55,361 nt of DNA from Candidatus Nanopelagicaceae bacterium. Lineage in GTDB: Archaea > Asgardarchaeota > Lokiarchaeia > Sigyniarchaeales > SOKP01. The stretch lies in contig DATKTW010000106.1 in assembly GCA_035530895.1 (NCBI GenBank), positions 1-55,361 on the forward strand. The letters are read 5' to 3'. This document shows positions 37,819 to 48,167 of the stretch, one piece after another. The notes under the pieces are model-generated. The model saw nothing but the letters and a program-made list of their open reading frames with translations, was not told where the DNA came from and ran no database searches. The number at the start of each line of letters is the position of its first letter. Position 1 is the stretch's first letter. The translations under genes and the position numbers were made by a program.

Positions 37819-39270
37819 ATGGAGACAGATGATGAATTAAGCCTATTTGACAATGCGTTTTTTGCAGATTTATTACGAGAGGCGGGGAATAAAGTAGAAT
37901 ATTGGGATATTAGAGCAACGCTCAGTGAAGGGACGACTTTAGATTTCACAGATCAAAGGAGCACGGAGATTTCTTCTTATGAGATGACAAATTGTGGAAT
38001 AAGAGCTTTTATAAATGGAGGATGGGGTTTTAGCGTTCTCAAGGATCTTAACAAGGATAGTATTAGATCTAGCTTCTTAAAATCAATAAAGCTAGCGAAA
38101 TTAACAAAATCGTTATTAAAAAATGAGTTTAAAATAATTGAAAGGGATCCCATAGAGAAAAGCTTCAAAATTGATAGTAAACTACCCTTATCGGATGTAA
38201 ATATAGAAGAAAAAATAAAATTAGTAAAAAATCATGAAAAAATAGCAGCAAGTTCTTCTAAGTTAGTAACAAATACGCGAACAATTTATATGGATGGCGT
38301 TAGCAATTATATCTTTATTAATTCATTTGGAAGTAAAATTAAACAAAAACTTTCATATTTGCGATTACTAAACATGGTGTATTCCCAGAAAGCAGGAATA
38401 ATCCAGAGATCCCTTAATTCTGTAGGAGGTTTAGGTGGATTTGAGATATTATTAACAGAAAAGGCAGAAAAAATAAGCGAAAAAACGGCTCAGGAATCGA
38501 TTAAATTACTAGATGCGAAATCTCCAATAGGTGGACAATTTACTATTATTGCTGATCCTAAACTAGCCGGAACCTTAATTCACGAAGCCCTTGGACATGC
38601 ATGTGAGGCAGATTTGGTCTTAAGCAAAGAAAGTATTTTGAAAGAAAAAATAGGTAAAGAGATAGCTTTAACAGATATTAATGTCATTGATGATCCTTCA
38701 ATGGGACAAGGTAAAAAACTTGGACTTCCTTATGAGTTATTTGGGAGCTATTTTATAGATGACGAAGGAATTCCATCACAAAAAACAACGATAATTGAAA
38801 ATGGAGTACTAAAAAACTACTTGCATAACTTAGAAACATCATCAAGAATGAATTTACCCCCAAACGGTCACGGGAGAGCTTCATCTAGTTCCGCTAAACC
38901 TCAAGTCCGAATGGGGTTCACTTACATTGAACCAAAAGATTGGAACATCGAAGAATTAATACAAGACACAAAAAATGGAATTCTTTGCGAAGATTTTTTG
39001 TACGGTTATACTAATCCGACTACTGGAAACTTTCAATTTAAGTGTAAGTTCTCGTATAAAATCGAAAACGGAGAAAAAAAAGAATTAATGAGGGATGTTG
39101 CGTTATCGGGAATGATTCTAGAGGTTTTAAAAAGAGTTTCAGCGATAGGTGATCAAAAATCGTTTAGCTATTCTGACGGCATTTGCGGAAAAGGTGGTCA
39201 AAGCGTTAGAGTTTGCGATGGTGGACCTTATATCAGAGTTGAAGACATCACAGTGGGTGGATTGAATTAA
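37819..39270 (+). CDS. tldD: TldD-family metalloprotease
   Basis: HEALGHACE (HExxxH) motif, and a C-terminal GxC...GGQ region typical of TldD. The ATG at 37819 is preferred over the TTG at 37807. Confidence 0.85.
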   Translation: METDDELSLFDNAFFADLLREAGNKVEYWDIRATLSEGTTLDFTDQRSTEISSYEMTNCGIRAFINGGWGFSVLKDLNKDSIRSSFLKSIKLAKLTKSLLKNEFKIIERDPIEKSFKIDSKLPLSDVNIEEKIKLVKNHEKIAASSSKLVTNTRTIYMDGVSNYIFINSFGSKIKQKLSYLRLLNMVYSQKAGIIQRSLNSVGGLGGFEILLTEKAEKISEKTAQESIKLLDAKSPIGGQFTIIADPKLAGTLIHEALGHACEADLVLSKESILKEKIGKEIALTDINVIDDPSMGQGKKLGLPYELFGSYFIDDEGIPSQKTTIIENGVLKNYLHNLETSSRMNLPPNGHGRASSSSAKPQVRMGFTYIEPKDWNIEELIQDTKNGILCEDFLYGYTNPTTGNFQFKCKFSYKIENGEKKELMRDVALSGMILEVLKRVSAIGDQKSFSYSDGICGKGGQSVRVCDGGPYIRVEDITVGGLN

Positions 39271-40656
39271 ATGTATGAGGATATAGACATATTTGAGCTT
39301 GCTAAATTTGCTATTAGGACTGCAGAAAAAAATTATCCAAATTATAAATGTGCTGAAATTTTTGTAGGAAAAAGCGAATATCTTAATATCGAAGTAGAGG
39401 AAAATTCGGTAAAATATAGCGAAACCGGGAGAAATCATGGAATTTCAATTAGGATTTATCGAAAGAATGGGTCCATTGGGTTCGCATTTACAAACAAATT
39501 GAATAAAAATGTTGTAGAAAAAATTGTTAAAAATGCCATCAAAATGATGCGTGTTGGAACTCCTGATCCAAACTTTAAAAATTTGCCTGAAAAATTAAAA
39601 CCCTACCCAGTGGTTGAAGATTTATACGATAAAAGCATAAAGAGCTTATTAATCGAAGATGCAATAGATCATGTTAAAGACTTGATTAATGTTTGTACTG
39701 AGGATGACCAAGCAATATCGCAATCTGGGGATTTTACAGCTAATAGCAATCTTTCTTATATTTTCAACTCGAACGGGATTGAGGTAAGTGGAGAGGAGAC
39801 TATATTCGATATCTCGTCAAATATGATAGTGAAAGATACGATTAATGGAGAAGTTTCAAATGGCTACGAATCTCAAATGAAAAGAAAGCTAGCTGACATT
39901 GATGGGACAAAAACTGCAGAGGAAGCGCTAAAAAATGCTAAGAGAAATCTACATAGAAAAAAGATTAAAACAAAAAAAATGCCTGTAATACTATCTCCTA
40001 AGGGGACAATAAATCTAATATTAAATCCAATTGCATCTGCAATTAATGCAGAAATGTACCAATATAAACGAAGTTTTTTAGTTGGCAAAAGAGAAAAAAA
40101 AATCGGTTCAGATTTGATAAATATAGATGATAACGCTATAATTAATGGTAGAGTTGGCTCTAATATTTTTGATGGTGAAGGTTTTCCTTGTAGAAATAAA
40201 AAAATTATAGAACGTGGATATTTTCTGCAATCAGGATTGTTGCACAACAGCTATACCGCCGGAAAGGAGGGAGTTGAAAGTACTGGAAATGCATCAAGAA
40301 GCTCATTTAGCTCCGTTCCTTCTATAGGAATATCGAATTTAATTCTTCATCCTGGAACAGCTCAAAAAGATGATTTAATAGAAAATGTTAAAGAAGGTAT
40401 TTTGTTAAACTCAACCGCAGATTCACCAAATATTGCAACTGGTGATTTTTCCGGTTTGATTTCACAAGGTAATTTGATACAAAACGGAGAAATAAAACAT
40501 GCCTTAAATGAAACTATGTTCGGCATAAACCTATTAGACTTATTTGAAAATATTACTTCTATATCAAAGGAATATAAGATTTACGGTCCTTACTCCGCAC
40601 CCTATGTAAAAATTGATAATGTTCAAATAATAGGAGCACAGAGTTTAAAAAATTGA
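39271..40656 (+). CDS. pmbA: PmbA/TldE-family protein (TldD partner)
   Basis: 461-aa paralogue lacking HExxxH. It abuts tldD, starting at the next nucleotide. Confidence 0.8.
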   Translation: MYEDIDIFELAKFAIRTAEKNYPNYKCAEIFVGKSEYLNIEVEENSVKYSETGRNHGISIRIYRKNGSIGFAFTNKLNKNVVEKIVKNAIKMMRVGTPDPNFKNLPEKLKPYPVVEDLYDKSIKSLLIEDAIDHVKDLINVCTEDDQAISQSGDFTANSNLSYIFNSNGIEVSGEETIFDISSNMIVKDTINGEVSNGYESQMKRKLADIDGTKTAEEALKNAKRNLHRKKIKTKKMPVILSPKGTINLILNPIASAINAEMYQYKRSFLVGKREKKIGSDLINIDDNAIINGRVGSNIFDGEGFPCRNKKIIERGYFLQSGLLHNSYTAGKEGVESTGNASRSSFSSVPSIGISNLILHPGTAQKDDLIENVKEGILLNSTADSPNIATGDFSGLISQGNLIQNGEIKHALNETMFGINLLDLFENITSISKEYKIYGPYSAPYVKIDNVQIIGAQSLKN

Positions 40657-40804
40657 ACAATTCTAAGTAGCAATTTTTATAGAATTATAGTCTTAGAAGA
40701 AGATCCAAATGACAACAAATAATAATCCCAAAAACAATGATTTAAATAATTTATTTTAAAATGTAATAGTTACTCCAATACCAATAATTTAAGGATTAAA
40801 AAGA

Positions 40805-41725
40805 ATGGATAAAATTTTAATCATTGACCAAGATTATTCAATAATATTCTCTAGAGGATTAATTGCCAATAGTTTACTAAAAACAGGAATATCATTTCTC
40901 GAAGCACATAAGATTGCCGAGGAGATAAAAAATGACTTGCTGAAAAGGAATATACAAGAGATATCAAAGCAGGAAATGGATAACAAAATTTACAAGATTT
41001 TAGCAGATAAAAAAGATGCACAATACGCCGAAAATTTTCTTGTGTTTAAGAAGATTACTAAATTGGATCAACCCATTATTATCTTAATTAGTGGAACGAC
41101 GGGAATTGGAAAATCAACAGTTGCTCTAACGCTAGCCCATCGATTAGACTTTCGTAGTATGATTGGGACTGACTCAATCCGGGAAATAATGAGAAAAATA
41201 TTGAGTAATGATTTAATACCTGAATTACACCAGAGTTCTTACGAAGCGGGTAAATTCTCGAAGCATTATAGGTCATCAAGGTTTAACTCCACAATTTTAG
41301 GGTATAGTGAACAAGTCAAAATTGTGATAGTAGGCGTTGAAGCTCTGATCAAAAGAGCCCTTTATGAAGGAACTAACATGATCATCGAAGGTGTTCACTT
41401 GTCCCCTGAATTCCTTTCCATTGACATTTTAGAACATCCAAATATAGTATTTGTGATGTTAAATTTATCCAACGAAATACAACACAAGAATAGATTCTCT
41501 CTTCGAGCATATAATGTTTCTATGAGGAGCCCTGTTCACAAGTATTATGATAATTTCGAACAAATCAGAATAATTCAAGAATATTTAAAAGAGCAAGCAA
41601 AAATTGTGGGGGTTCCTATCGTTGAAAATATTAACCGTGATGATACAGTGAAAAAACTGACCGAAATTGTAACTACACGAATCAAAAAAATAGTAGAAGC
41701 TAAAGATATGAATGTAAACCTCTAA
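40805..41725 (+). CDS. 2-phosphoglycerate kinase-like P-loop kinase with N-terminal ATP-cone
   Basis: ATP-cone-like N-terminus (FSRGLIANSLLKTGISFLEAHKIAEEI). Walker A is GTTGIGKST. The length and layout match archaeal 2PGK-family proteins. Confidence 0.6.
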   Translation: MDKILIIDQDYSIIFSRGLIANSLLKTGISFLEAHKIAEEIKNDLLKRNIQEISKQEMDNKIYKILADKKDAQYAENFLVFKKITKLDQPIIILISGTTGIGKSTVALTLAHRLDFRSMIGTDSIREIMRKILSNDLIPELHQSSYEAGKFSKHYRSSRFNSTILGYSEQVKIVIVGVEALIKRALYEGTNMIIEGVHLSPEFLSIDILEHPNIVFVMLNLSNEIQHKNRFSLRAYNVSMRSPVHKYYDNFEQIRIIQEYLKEQAKIVGVPIVENINRDDTVKKLTEIVTTRIKKIVEAKDMNVNL

Positions 41726-41760
41726 TTACTTAAATATTGGTTAATGTTGGACTTTGCGCC

Positions 41761-41868
41761 ATGAATAATTTATTTCTTATCATATTATTGCTAATTGTTT
41801 TAATAGTTGCTATAATTTTAATTGCGAAAATAATAAGCGAAGAATTAAGAAATCCCTCCAAATCATAG
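41761..41868 (+). CDS. possible 35-aa single-TM micro-ORF
   Basis: ATG...TAG encoding MNNLFLIILLLIVLIVAIILIAKIISEELRNPSKS. It is hydrophobic, but it lies in AT-rich DNA where such ORFs arise by chance. Confidence 0.2.
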   Translation: MNNLFLIILLLIVLIVAIILIAKIISEELRNPSKS

Positions 41869-41878
41869 GAGTAAATAA

Positions 41879-42412
41879 CTAAGAAGTAATATTTAATCGC
41901 ATATCTACCACATCATAAAATCTTCTAATACCTACAGAAGGGATTTCCCATAATTCCGCAATTATAATTTGATTTGTTCCCGCCTGTGAAAAAGAAACAT
42001 TGAATGCACTTGAAATCCATTCTGCTCTATGTGGTAAAGTAATTGTAGACGAATTTACAAAAGAAGTTGCGTTTAACGAGGGGTATGGGCCTAGTACAGT
42101 ATCATTGTTTCCCTTCAAAATTTCTATTTGGAATGAAAAATCCCGATTTAAAAAATTTCCAATAGAAATATAAAAAGTTATATTTTCATCAACTGCAGCA
42201 TTTTTAGGGTATTTTTCTGCTTTTTTGTCAGAATTCAAAATACCAATATACCAATAACCAGGTTTAGGAGTTATAAAGGCGTAAATTATGAACCCAGATA
42301 TAATGATTATACCAATAATTAAGAGAATTTTAAGAATTCTATCAAATTCTTTATAATTTCTGTCAATTTTATTTGAATGTTGACTCTCATTCACTCTGGA
42401 CATTTTCTTCAA
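41879..42412 (-). CDS. hypothetical membrane-anchored protein
   Basis: 177 aa with one N-terminal TM segment (ILLIIGIIIISGFIIYAFI) followed by an Asn-rich extracytoplasmic-looking domain. Its start overlaps the upstream epimerase gene by 26 nt. Confidence 0.45.
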   Translation of the reverse strand: MKKMSRVNESQHSNKIDRNYKEFDRILKILLIIGIIIISGFIIYAFITPKPGYWYIGILNSDKKAEKYPKNAAVDENITFYISIGNFLNRDFSFQIEILKGNNDTVLGPYPSLNATSFVNSSTITLPHRAEWISSAFNVSFSQAGTNQIIIAELWEIPSVGIRRFYDVVDMRLNITS

Positions 42413-43457
42413 ACCAAGTTATAGTTTTCGACAATCCCTCTTTCAGAGGAGTCGTGGGTTGCCAATTTAAAATTCTTTTTGCTTTTTTTAAATCAGCACA
42501 TCTTCTTATTGGATCATCAATAGGTAAGGGTTTAAATACAATATCTGACTTAGAGTTTGCTAGCTCTTTAATTATTTTGGCTAATTCTAAGATAGTATAT
42601 TCCTTATTATTACCTAAATTAATAACCTCTCCAATCGCTTCGTCTTTATGAACAATTCTTAAAAGTCCTTCAATTTCATCAACAACATAAATAAATGATC
42701 TTGTTTGTGAACCGTCACCAAAAATAGTTATATCTCCGTTATTCAACGCTTGATGGATAAAGTTAGGTATAACTCTTCCAAATTCAGGACCGAATCGGAT
42801 CCTGGGACCAGATGTATTAAAAATTCGAACTATTTTTGTTTTAATTCCATGTTGGAGTTCGTATGCTTTAACGAAAGCTTCTCCAGCTCTTTTAGATTCA
42901 TCGTAACAACTTCTTGGACCTACAGGGTTAACATGTCCAAAATATTCTTCAGATGTTGGGATAACATCATCGGGAGGATTCCCATAAACCTCAGAGGTGC
43001 TCGTATAAAAAAATATAGCATTGTGAGCTTTTGCAATTCCCAAAGCATTCATCGTCCCTAAAGTATTACTTTTTAAGATGGGTATTGGAAATTTACTAAA
43101 CTCAAACGGAGATGCTCTACTTGCCATATGCATCACGATGTCGATTCTTTTAATATCGCCGATACATATTCCATTTGGATGATGTGTGAACCCAAAAAAT
43201 ACTGGATTAGAAATATCGTGATTTATAAAGCGAAAGTTATCTTTCTCCATTAAATGTGAGATATTTTCAAATCTTCCTGAAGAAAGATTATCTAAACAAA
43301 TACAATACGCTCCCTGTTTTACTAGTACATCACAAACCCATGAACCTAAGAAGCCCGCTCCTCCTGTAACTAAAATTGTTTTACCATGAAAAGAAATTCC
43401 ATCATCTTTTAAACGCTTTAAGATTTCGTTGAGATCATCGTTTAAATCGTATTTCAA
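42387..43457 (-). CDS. NAD-dependent epimerase/dehydratase (UDP-glucuronate decarboxylase-like)
   Basis: VTGGAGFLGS Rossmann motif and the YDESKRAGE catalytic YxxxK. Confidence 0.8.
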   Translation of the reverse strand: MKYDLNDDLNEILKRLKDDGISFHGKTILVTGGAGFLGSWVCDVLVKQGAYCICLDNLSSGRFENISHLMEKDNFRFINHDISNPVFFGFTHHPNGICIGDIKRIDIVMHMASRASPFEFSKFPIPILKSNTLGTMNALGIAKAHNAIFFYTSTSEVYGNPPDDVIPTSEEYFGHVNPVGPRSCYDESKRAGEAFVKAYELQHGIKTKIVRIFNTSGPRIRFGPEFGRVIPNFIHQALNNGDITIFGDGSQTRSFIYVVDEIEGLLRIVHKDEAIGEVINLGNNKEYTILELAKIIKELANSKSDIVFKPLPIDDPIRRCADLKKAKRILNWQPTTPLKEGLSKTITWFEENVQSE

Positions 43458-43562
43458 GTTAAAATACCTATTTTTTAGAATATTATTTTTGATAAGAGTT
43501 TTATTTTTTAAAAAGATATAGATTCTTTATTCCTCATGTTCGAGAATAAGCAATTAACAGAA

Positions 43563-44153
43563 TTAACGTGTTTTCTGACCACAAAACTGACAATACTTAA
43601 GCTCTAGAGGGTAAAATTTTTCACAACTTGTACATTTTTTTAAGGAATTCTTGATTATCTCCCTTCCAAGCGTTTCAAATACGGATTCAACATTTTCTCC
43701 TGTTTTTGATGACACACCATGGATATCTCCCTGAAATTTGTATTTATTGAAAAATTCTTTAACATCATCTTTATTTACTTCTCTTTGGTTTTCTAAGTCA
43801 ATTTTTGCCTCAATCAATAGCTTAGTTTTAGGATAGTTAGGAACAGAACTAATAGTTTTTACCCAATCATGAAGGTCTTCTAGAGATTCTTTATTTGTTA
43901 TATCATAAAGAAATAAAGCCCCAGAAGCTCCCGATACATATGAGGGAAATAGAACTCGAAACTTTTTCTCTCCAGCGAAATCCCAAATATTTAAAAGAAT
44001 CTCAGTATCATCAACAACTACCTTCTTTGTTTCAAAATCTACTCCAATCGTTGATAAAGTTGATTTATCAAATTTCCCCGTTGCATACCGTCTTATTAGA
44101 GATGTTTTTCCGACATTTTTAGCCCCGGCTACGATTACTTTAAATTTGATTAT
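43563..44153 (-). CDS. Rab/Ras-like small GTPase with C-terminal zinc ribbon (no canonical start codon)
   Basis: - The frame is open from 44159.
- G1 is GAKNVGKTS, switch I is STIGVDF, G3 is WDFAGE, G4-like is EAKID, and G5 is SSKTG.
- It ends in CTSC...CQFC.
- The track reports only the last 84 aa (internal TTG).
- The conserved N-terminus begins at ATA 44153-44151. Confidence 0.7.
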   Translation of the reverse strand: MIKFKVIVAGAKNVGKTSLIRRYATGKFDKSTLSTIGVDFETKKVVVDDTEILLNIWDFAGEKKFRVLFPSYVSGASGALFLYDITNKESLEDLHDWVKTISSVPNYPKTKLLIEAKIDLENQREVNKDDVKEFFNKYKFQGDIHGVSSKTGENVESVFETLGREIIKNSLKKCTSCEKFYPLELKYCQFCGQKTR

Positions 44154-44359
44154 GGTAAATCACATCAAGTTTTTTAATAACATTCTAATTATATTACTAC
44201 TAAAATAAAAATATTAATCTTTAATGATAAAAGTTTTGTTATTAATATTAACTAATTGTTTTAGGGGTTAACTCCATCACTTTATTCATAAGGAAAATGC
44301 TTTTAGTCATCGATTAAATATTATAAATATTTTAATGTAAAAAATAATTCTGTAAAATC

Positions 44360-45667
44360 ATGAAAAATGTTTCAAATAAGAAGTTTTTTGGAACTTTATC
44401 GCAGAAAGAACTACTGAAGTTATACGCAAAGCATGTGAATTCACCAAAAGTTCATCTTTTTAAAGGATTTGGCCTTGGAGTTATCCTTGGTGAGAGGGGG
44501 GGTGTTAAGATTAAAACATTGGAAGGACCAAAACCCACCGATCCACCAATGGAACTTTATAATTGCCACACGTGCGGAGGTGTTTATAATTTAGGTCATG
44601 GTAACCAAAAAATTGTGCAAATCCTGAAAGATGCTTTGGATAGTGGATTGGACATAGGTGACCACTTATTACTCTCAGAATGGAGAGCTATTTTAGGGAA
44701 AAAATTAGCAGAACTTATGCCGCCAGGAATTACAAAGACCACATTTGGAGTTAGTGGAGGTGAAGCAGTTGATGCAGCTATTAAATTTTCAAGGGCTTAT
44801 ACTAAACGGAATAAATGTATCTCCGCAATTGGAGGATATCATGGTCATACCGGATTTGCACTAGCAACTGGAGATTCTGGTTTTAAAGAGAATTTTCTTT
44901 GGAACCTCTCGGATTTTAAGCAAGTTCCTTTTGGTGATGTTGATAGCTTGAAAAAAATCATTTCGGATGATGTTGCTTGCGTCATTCTGGAAACAATCCC
45001 CGCTACTGCTGGAGTATTGATTGCTCAAGATGGGTACTTTTCTGAGGTCCGACGATTATGCGATGATCATGGTGTTATGATGATAATTGACGAAGTTCAA
45101 ACAGGACTTGGGCGAACTGGTCATTTTTGGGCGATTTATGGAGGGCTCTATCAACATGAGAAGGTTATACCTGATTTTATTGTACTAGGAAAGGGTATGA
45201 GCGGGGGAATTTATCCAATATCAAGTTGTAGTTATAAACCATTCATAGAAAAGGCAGTTTTTAAAGATGATCCGTTTATTCATATTTCTACAACAGGAGG
45301 TTCTGATTTAGGTTGTGTCGTGACATGTGAGATGTTAGATATTCAATCAAATCCTGAGTTTTTAAATCATGTCAGGGAGATGGGTAAACTATTTGGTAAG
45401 GGTTTAGAAGAAATCGCAGACGATAATTCTGAATTAATAAAAGAAGTGAGAGGAAGAGGACTTATGTGGGGCGTGGAGTTTAATAGCGAAACACTCGGAC
45501 AACTAGCGATGCTTTCCATAATAAAAGAAGGTGTTCTTCAAAATTATTGCGGAAATAAAAAGGATACGCTGATAATGATGCCACCATTAGTCGTGAAAGA
45601 GGAAGAAATCGAAGAGATCTTAAAAAGAGTCGGTGAAGGTGTTAAAAAGATTAAACGCTTAGTTTAA
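44360..45667 (+). CDS. class-III PLP-dependent aminotransferase
   Basis: Motifs GGEAVDAAIK, DEVQTGLGRTG and the GKGMSGG Lys region. Confidence 0.85.
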   Translation: MKNVSNKKFFGTLSQKELLKLYAKHVNSPKVHLFKGFGLGVILGERGGVKIKTLEGPKPTDPPMELYNCHTCGGVYNLGHGNQKIVQILKDALDSGLDIGDHLLLSEWRAILGKKLAELMPPGITKTTFGVSGGEAVDAAIKFSRAYTKRNKCISAIGGYHGHTGFALATGDSGFKENFLWNLSDFKQVPFGDVDSLKKIISDDVACVILETIPATAGVLIAQDGYFSEVRRLCDDHGVMMIIDEVQTGLGRTGHFWAIYGGLYQHEKVIPDFIVLGKGMSGGIYPISSCSYKPFIEKAVFKDDPFIHISTTGGSDLGCVVTCEMLDIQSNPEFLNHVREMGKLFGKGLEEIADDNSELIKEVRGRGLMWGVEFNSETLGQLAMLSIIKEGVLQNYCGNKKDTLIMMPPLVVKEEEIEEILKRVGEGVKKIKRLV

Positions 45668-45685
45668 ATATTAATTATACCCAAT

Positions 45686-48001
45686 TTAGGAGTTATCTTG
45701 GTATTTAAATCTACTTAACTTATAAATTTCTTGAGCAATTTTCTTTCCAACATTTTCAACTTTCATTAAATCCCCGATATCTGCGTTAAAAATCTCTTGG
45801 AGCGATTTTAATTCTTTAAGCAAGTTTTTAGCTCTAAGAGCATTTATGCCCGGAATACCTGCAACGATGTATTCTAATAAACTTGAAATTTCTATCGGTT
45901 TTTTATCAAACCTTAACTTTAATTCCATTTTAGAGTCTGATTGTTCCTTTTTCGCAAGCTGAAAAATAAACATCGCAGAGTCAGACGGATCGTTTGTTTT
46001 ATATATTGTAATTCCTAAATTCAAAATTATTGATGTGATCGCACCGTAAAGTGCGTTTTGGCTAATATTTGAATTCATAAAAGGGTCTCCTTCTAAAATT
46101 AATATGGGTCTAATAAAATTGTTTTTTAACTCAAATAATTCGTTAAATAATCTCCCATCTTTGATTGAATCGCTAAAGTCTTGAGCTGATTTTCTTTCAA
46201 TCCCAACTCTTTCTGAGAGTATATAGTCTGCAACAGTTAATTGTTTTAGTTCTAAACCAACTCCCAATAGGGATAATGCTCTAACGACAGCAGAAGCTGT
46301 TTCTCTAACATCACAAATTACTATGTAATCCTCAGCACCCTCAATCCTCTGGCTAAACGAGATATCTGAAGTATTTTCAATATTACTAGAATCCTTACTG
46401 TCTTCGCCTTCTTTTATAAAATTTAAAAGGTTTGATTGTCCTGCTTTAGAACTCAAATCAGTTTCTTTCATGGTTTTTAAACTTTGATTCATAACACGTT
46501 CCTTAGCCTTTTCAGCCCAATAATAACCTTCATCACGAGTACCTTCAGCCATCAATATGAAAACCTTTCCTTCCTTTTTTCTCCCAGTCCTTCCACGACG
46601 TTGAATAGAACGTACAGCACTTGGTACAACGTCATAAAATATTACTAAATCACATTCCGCTATATCTAAACCTTCTTCTCCAACACTTGTAGCTACTAAT
46701 GTGTTAAAAATTCCTTCTTTGAAGTCTTCAAGTAGTTGTATTTGTTCTTTTTGAGTTAGACCTTTATCTAGAGATTTAGTAACTTGTCCTACAAATTTAT
46801 GAGCCTTTATAACCTCATCTCTTTCAATAAATTTAACTATATTATTGACGGAGTCTCTAAAATGACAAAATACTAAAATTCTCGAGTCTCTATTTGCGGT
46901 GATCTGATTATGTAAAATTCCAGCAAGTTTTTCTAGTTTAGGATGGACAACACCTTTTTGTTTGTTAGTTTCAATTATCTCAAGAATACGCTTTATGCCA
47001 GAATCTCCAAAAAGTTCTTTTAGTGACTTATTTGCTGTGTTTTGTTTTATTTTTTTAATGCTTTTTTTCATGTAATCATCTAATGCGCTTACTCCTTGAG
47101 TCTCAATAAGCTCATCCATATGGGATAGTCTTATCGCATTTGCTACAGACTTTTTCGCATTAAATAGTTGAGATTTCTCCTCATCTGTTCTTGAAGATGA
47201 AATTCTTCCATTAATTACTCTGTCTAACCCAAGCAAATCTTTTCTAGTAACTCTAGTAATATCTGATGAATTTAATAATTCCTGTTGTTTTAACCATTTA
47301 TATATTGTTCTTAATTTCTCTGTTATTATTATTTTGATATCCATAAATTCACTTGGGAGCTTAACTTTTATCCATTCGTTATCGACCTTATAGATGTAAG
47401 GTTTTACATCCAAATCTTGTTCTGTTCTGATTTCGACACGGTCGATATACAAATTCTTCCTTATTTCGTTAATCTTCCCTTCCGTAGATCCTGGACTTGC
47501 GGTAAGCCCTAAAATTTGATGGTTCTTAGCGGTTTCCACATATTTCTTAGCAATAAAACAATAAGCGTAATCTCCTACACTCCGATGGCATTCATCAAAA
47601 ATTATTAATGATACATCGTTTAACGAATAAAGATTGGAAATGATATCATTTTGAAGTACTTGCGGTGTCATAAAAGCAATTTTTAAGTCCTTCCATATCT
47701 CTCTCCTTTTTTCTGGTAAGGTGGTTCCAGTAATTGCTTTTAAGTTTTCCTCAGGAATAACCGTTAAATCTAAAAAAGATTTATAATGCTGATTTACGAG
47801 TGGCTTGGTTGGAGCTAAGAAAATTATTTTAGAATTAGGTGTTTCTGATAATCTGTGGACTGCTAACATTAAAGCAATTATAGTTTTTCCCAATCCCGTT
47901 GGAATGACAACTAAGCAGTTTGTATTAAGACAATTTATAAAAATATTTTCTTGGTATGCTCTCCTCAGAACAAAGTTTTCCTTTAAAAGCGGGTGGGATA
48001 T
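45686..48001 (-). CDS. hef: Hef (helicase + ERCC4/XPF nuclease + HhH2), FANCM/XPF homologue
   Basis: - Motifs PTGLGKT, DECH and QRRGRTGR.
- ERCC4 core VDVRE-like ICDVRE...ERKS..DF.
- C-terminal HhH (GIPGINALRAKNLL).
- The frame is open to 48022.
- The conserved N-terminus (SHPLLKENFVLRRAYQ...NCLVVIPTGLGKT) lies upstream of the first canonical start (TTG 47893).
- The start shown is the ATA at 48001. Confidence 0.8.
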   Translation of the reverse strand: MSHPLLKENFVLRRAYQENIFINCLNTNCLVVIPTGLGKTIIALMLAVHRLSETPNSKIIFLAPTKPLVNQHYKSFLDLTVIPEENLKAITGTTLPEKRREIWKDLKIAFMTPQVLQNDIISNLYSLNDVSLIIFDECHRSVGDYAYCFIAKKYVETAKNHQILGLTASPGSTEGKINEIRKNLYIDRVEIRTEQDLDVKPYIYKVDNEWIKVKLPSEFMDIKIIITEKLRTIYKWLKQQELLNSSDITRVTRKDLLGLDRVINGRISSSRTDEEKSQLFNAKKSVANAIRLSHMDELIETQGVSALDDYMKKSIKKIKQNTANKSLKELFGDSGIKRILEIIETNKQKGVVHPKLEKLAGILHNQITANRDSRILVFCHFRDSVNNIVKFIERDEVIKAHKFVGQVTKSLDKGLTQKEQIQLLEDFKEGIFNTLVATSVGEEGLDIAECDLVIFYDVVPSAVRSIQRRGRTGRKKEGKVFILMAEGTRDEGYYWAEKAKERVMNQSLKTMKETDLSSKAGQSNLLNFIKEGEDSKDSSNIENTSDISFSQRIEGAEDYIVICDVRETASAVVRALSLLGVGLELKQLTVADYILSERVGIERKSAQDFSDSIKDGRLFNELFELKNNFIRPILILEGDPFMNSNISQNALYGAITSIILNLGITIYKTNDPSDSAMFIFQLAKKEQSDSKMELKLRFDKKPIEISSLLEYIVAGIPGINALRAKNLLKELKSLQEIFNADIGDLMKVENVGKKIAQEIYKLSRFKYQDNS

Positions 48002-48167
48002 AAAATCTTCTTTATTTGATACTCAAATCACCAGTAAATATCATAACGAAACTCTTTCAAAGAGATATAGCTTAGAAATTTATTAAAGTTACAGAGTCTA
48101 TAGAATCTCTTAAATTATATTAATACCTTTTTAATAATTAATCTATAGTATTTATTCACAATAGGCT

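Noticed and set aside
37716-37949. 77-aa minus-strand ORF overlapping the tldD start
   Set aside because: It is Ser/Lys-rich low complexity and overlaps a well-supported gene start region.
43895-44122. 75-aa plus-strand ORF
   Set aside because: It is the shadow of the N-terminal (P-loop to switch II) half of the minus-strand small GTPase.
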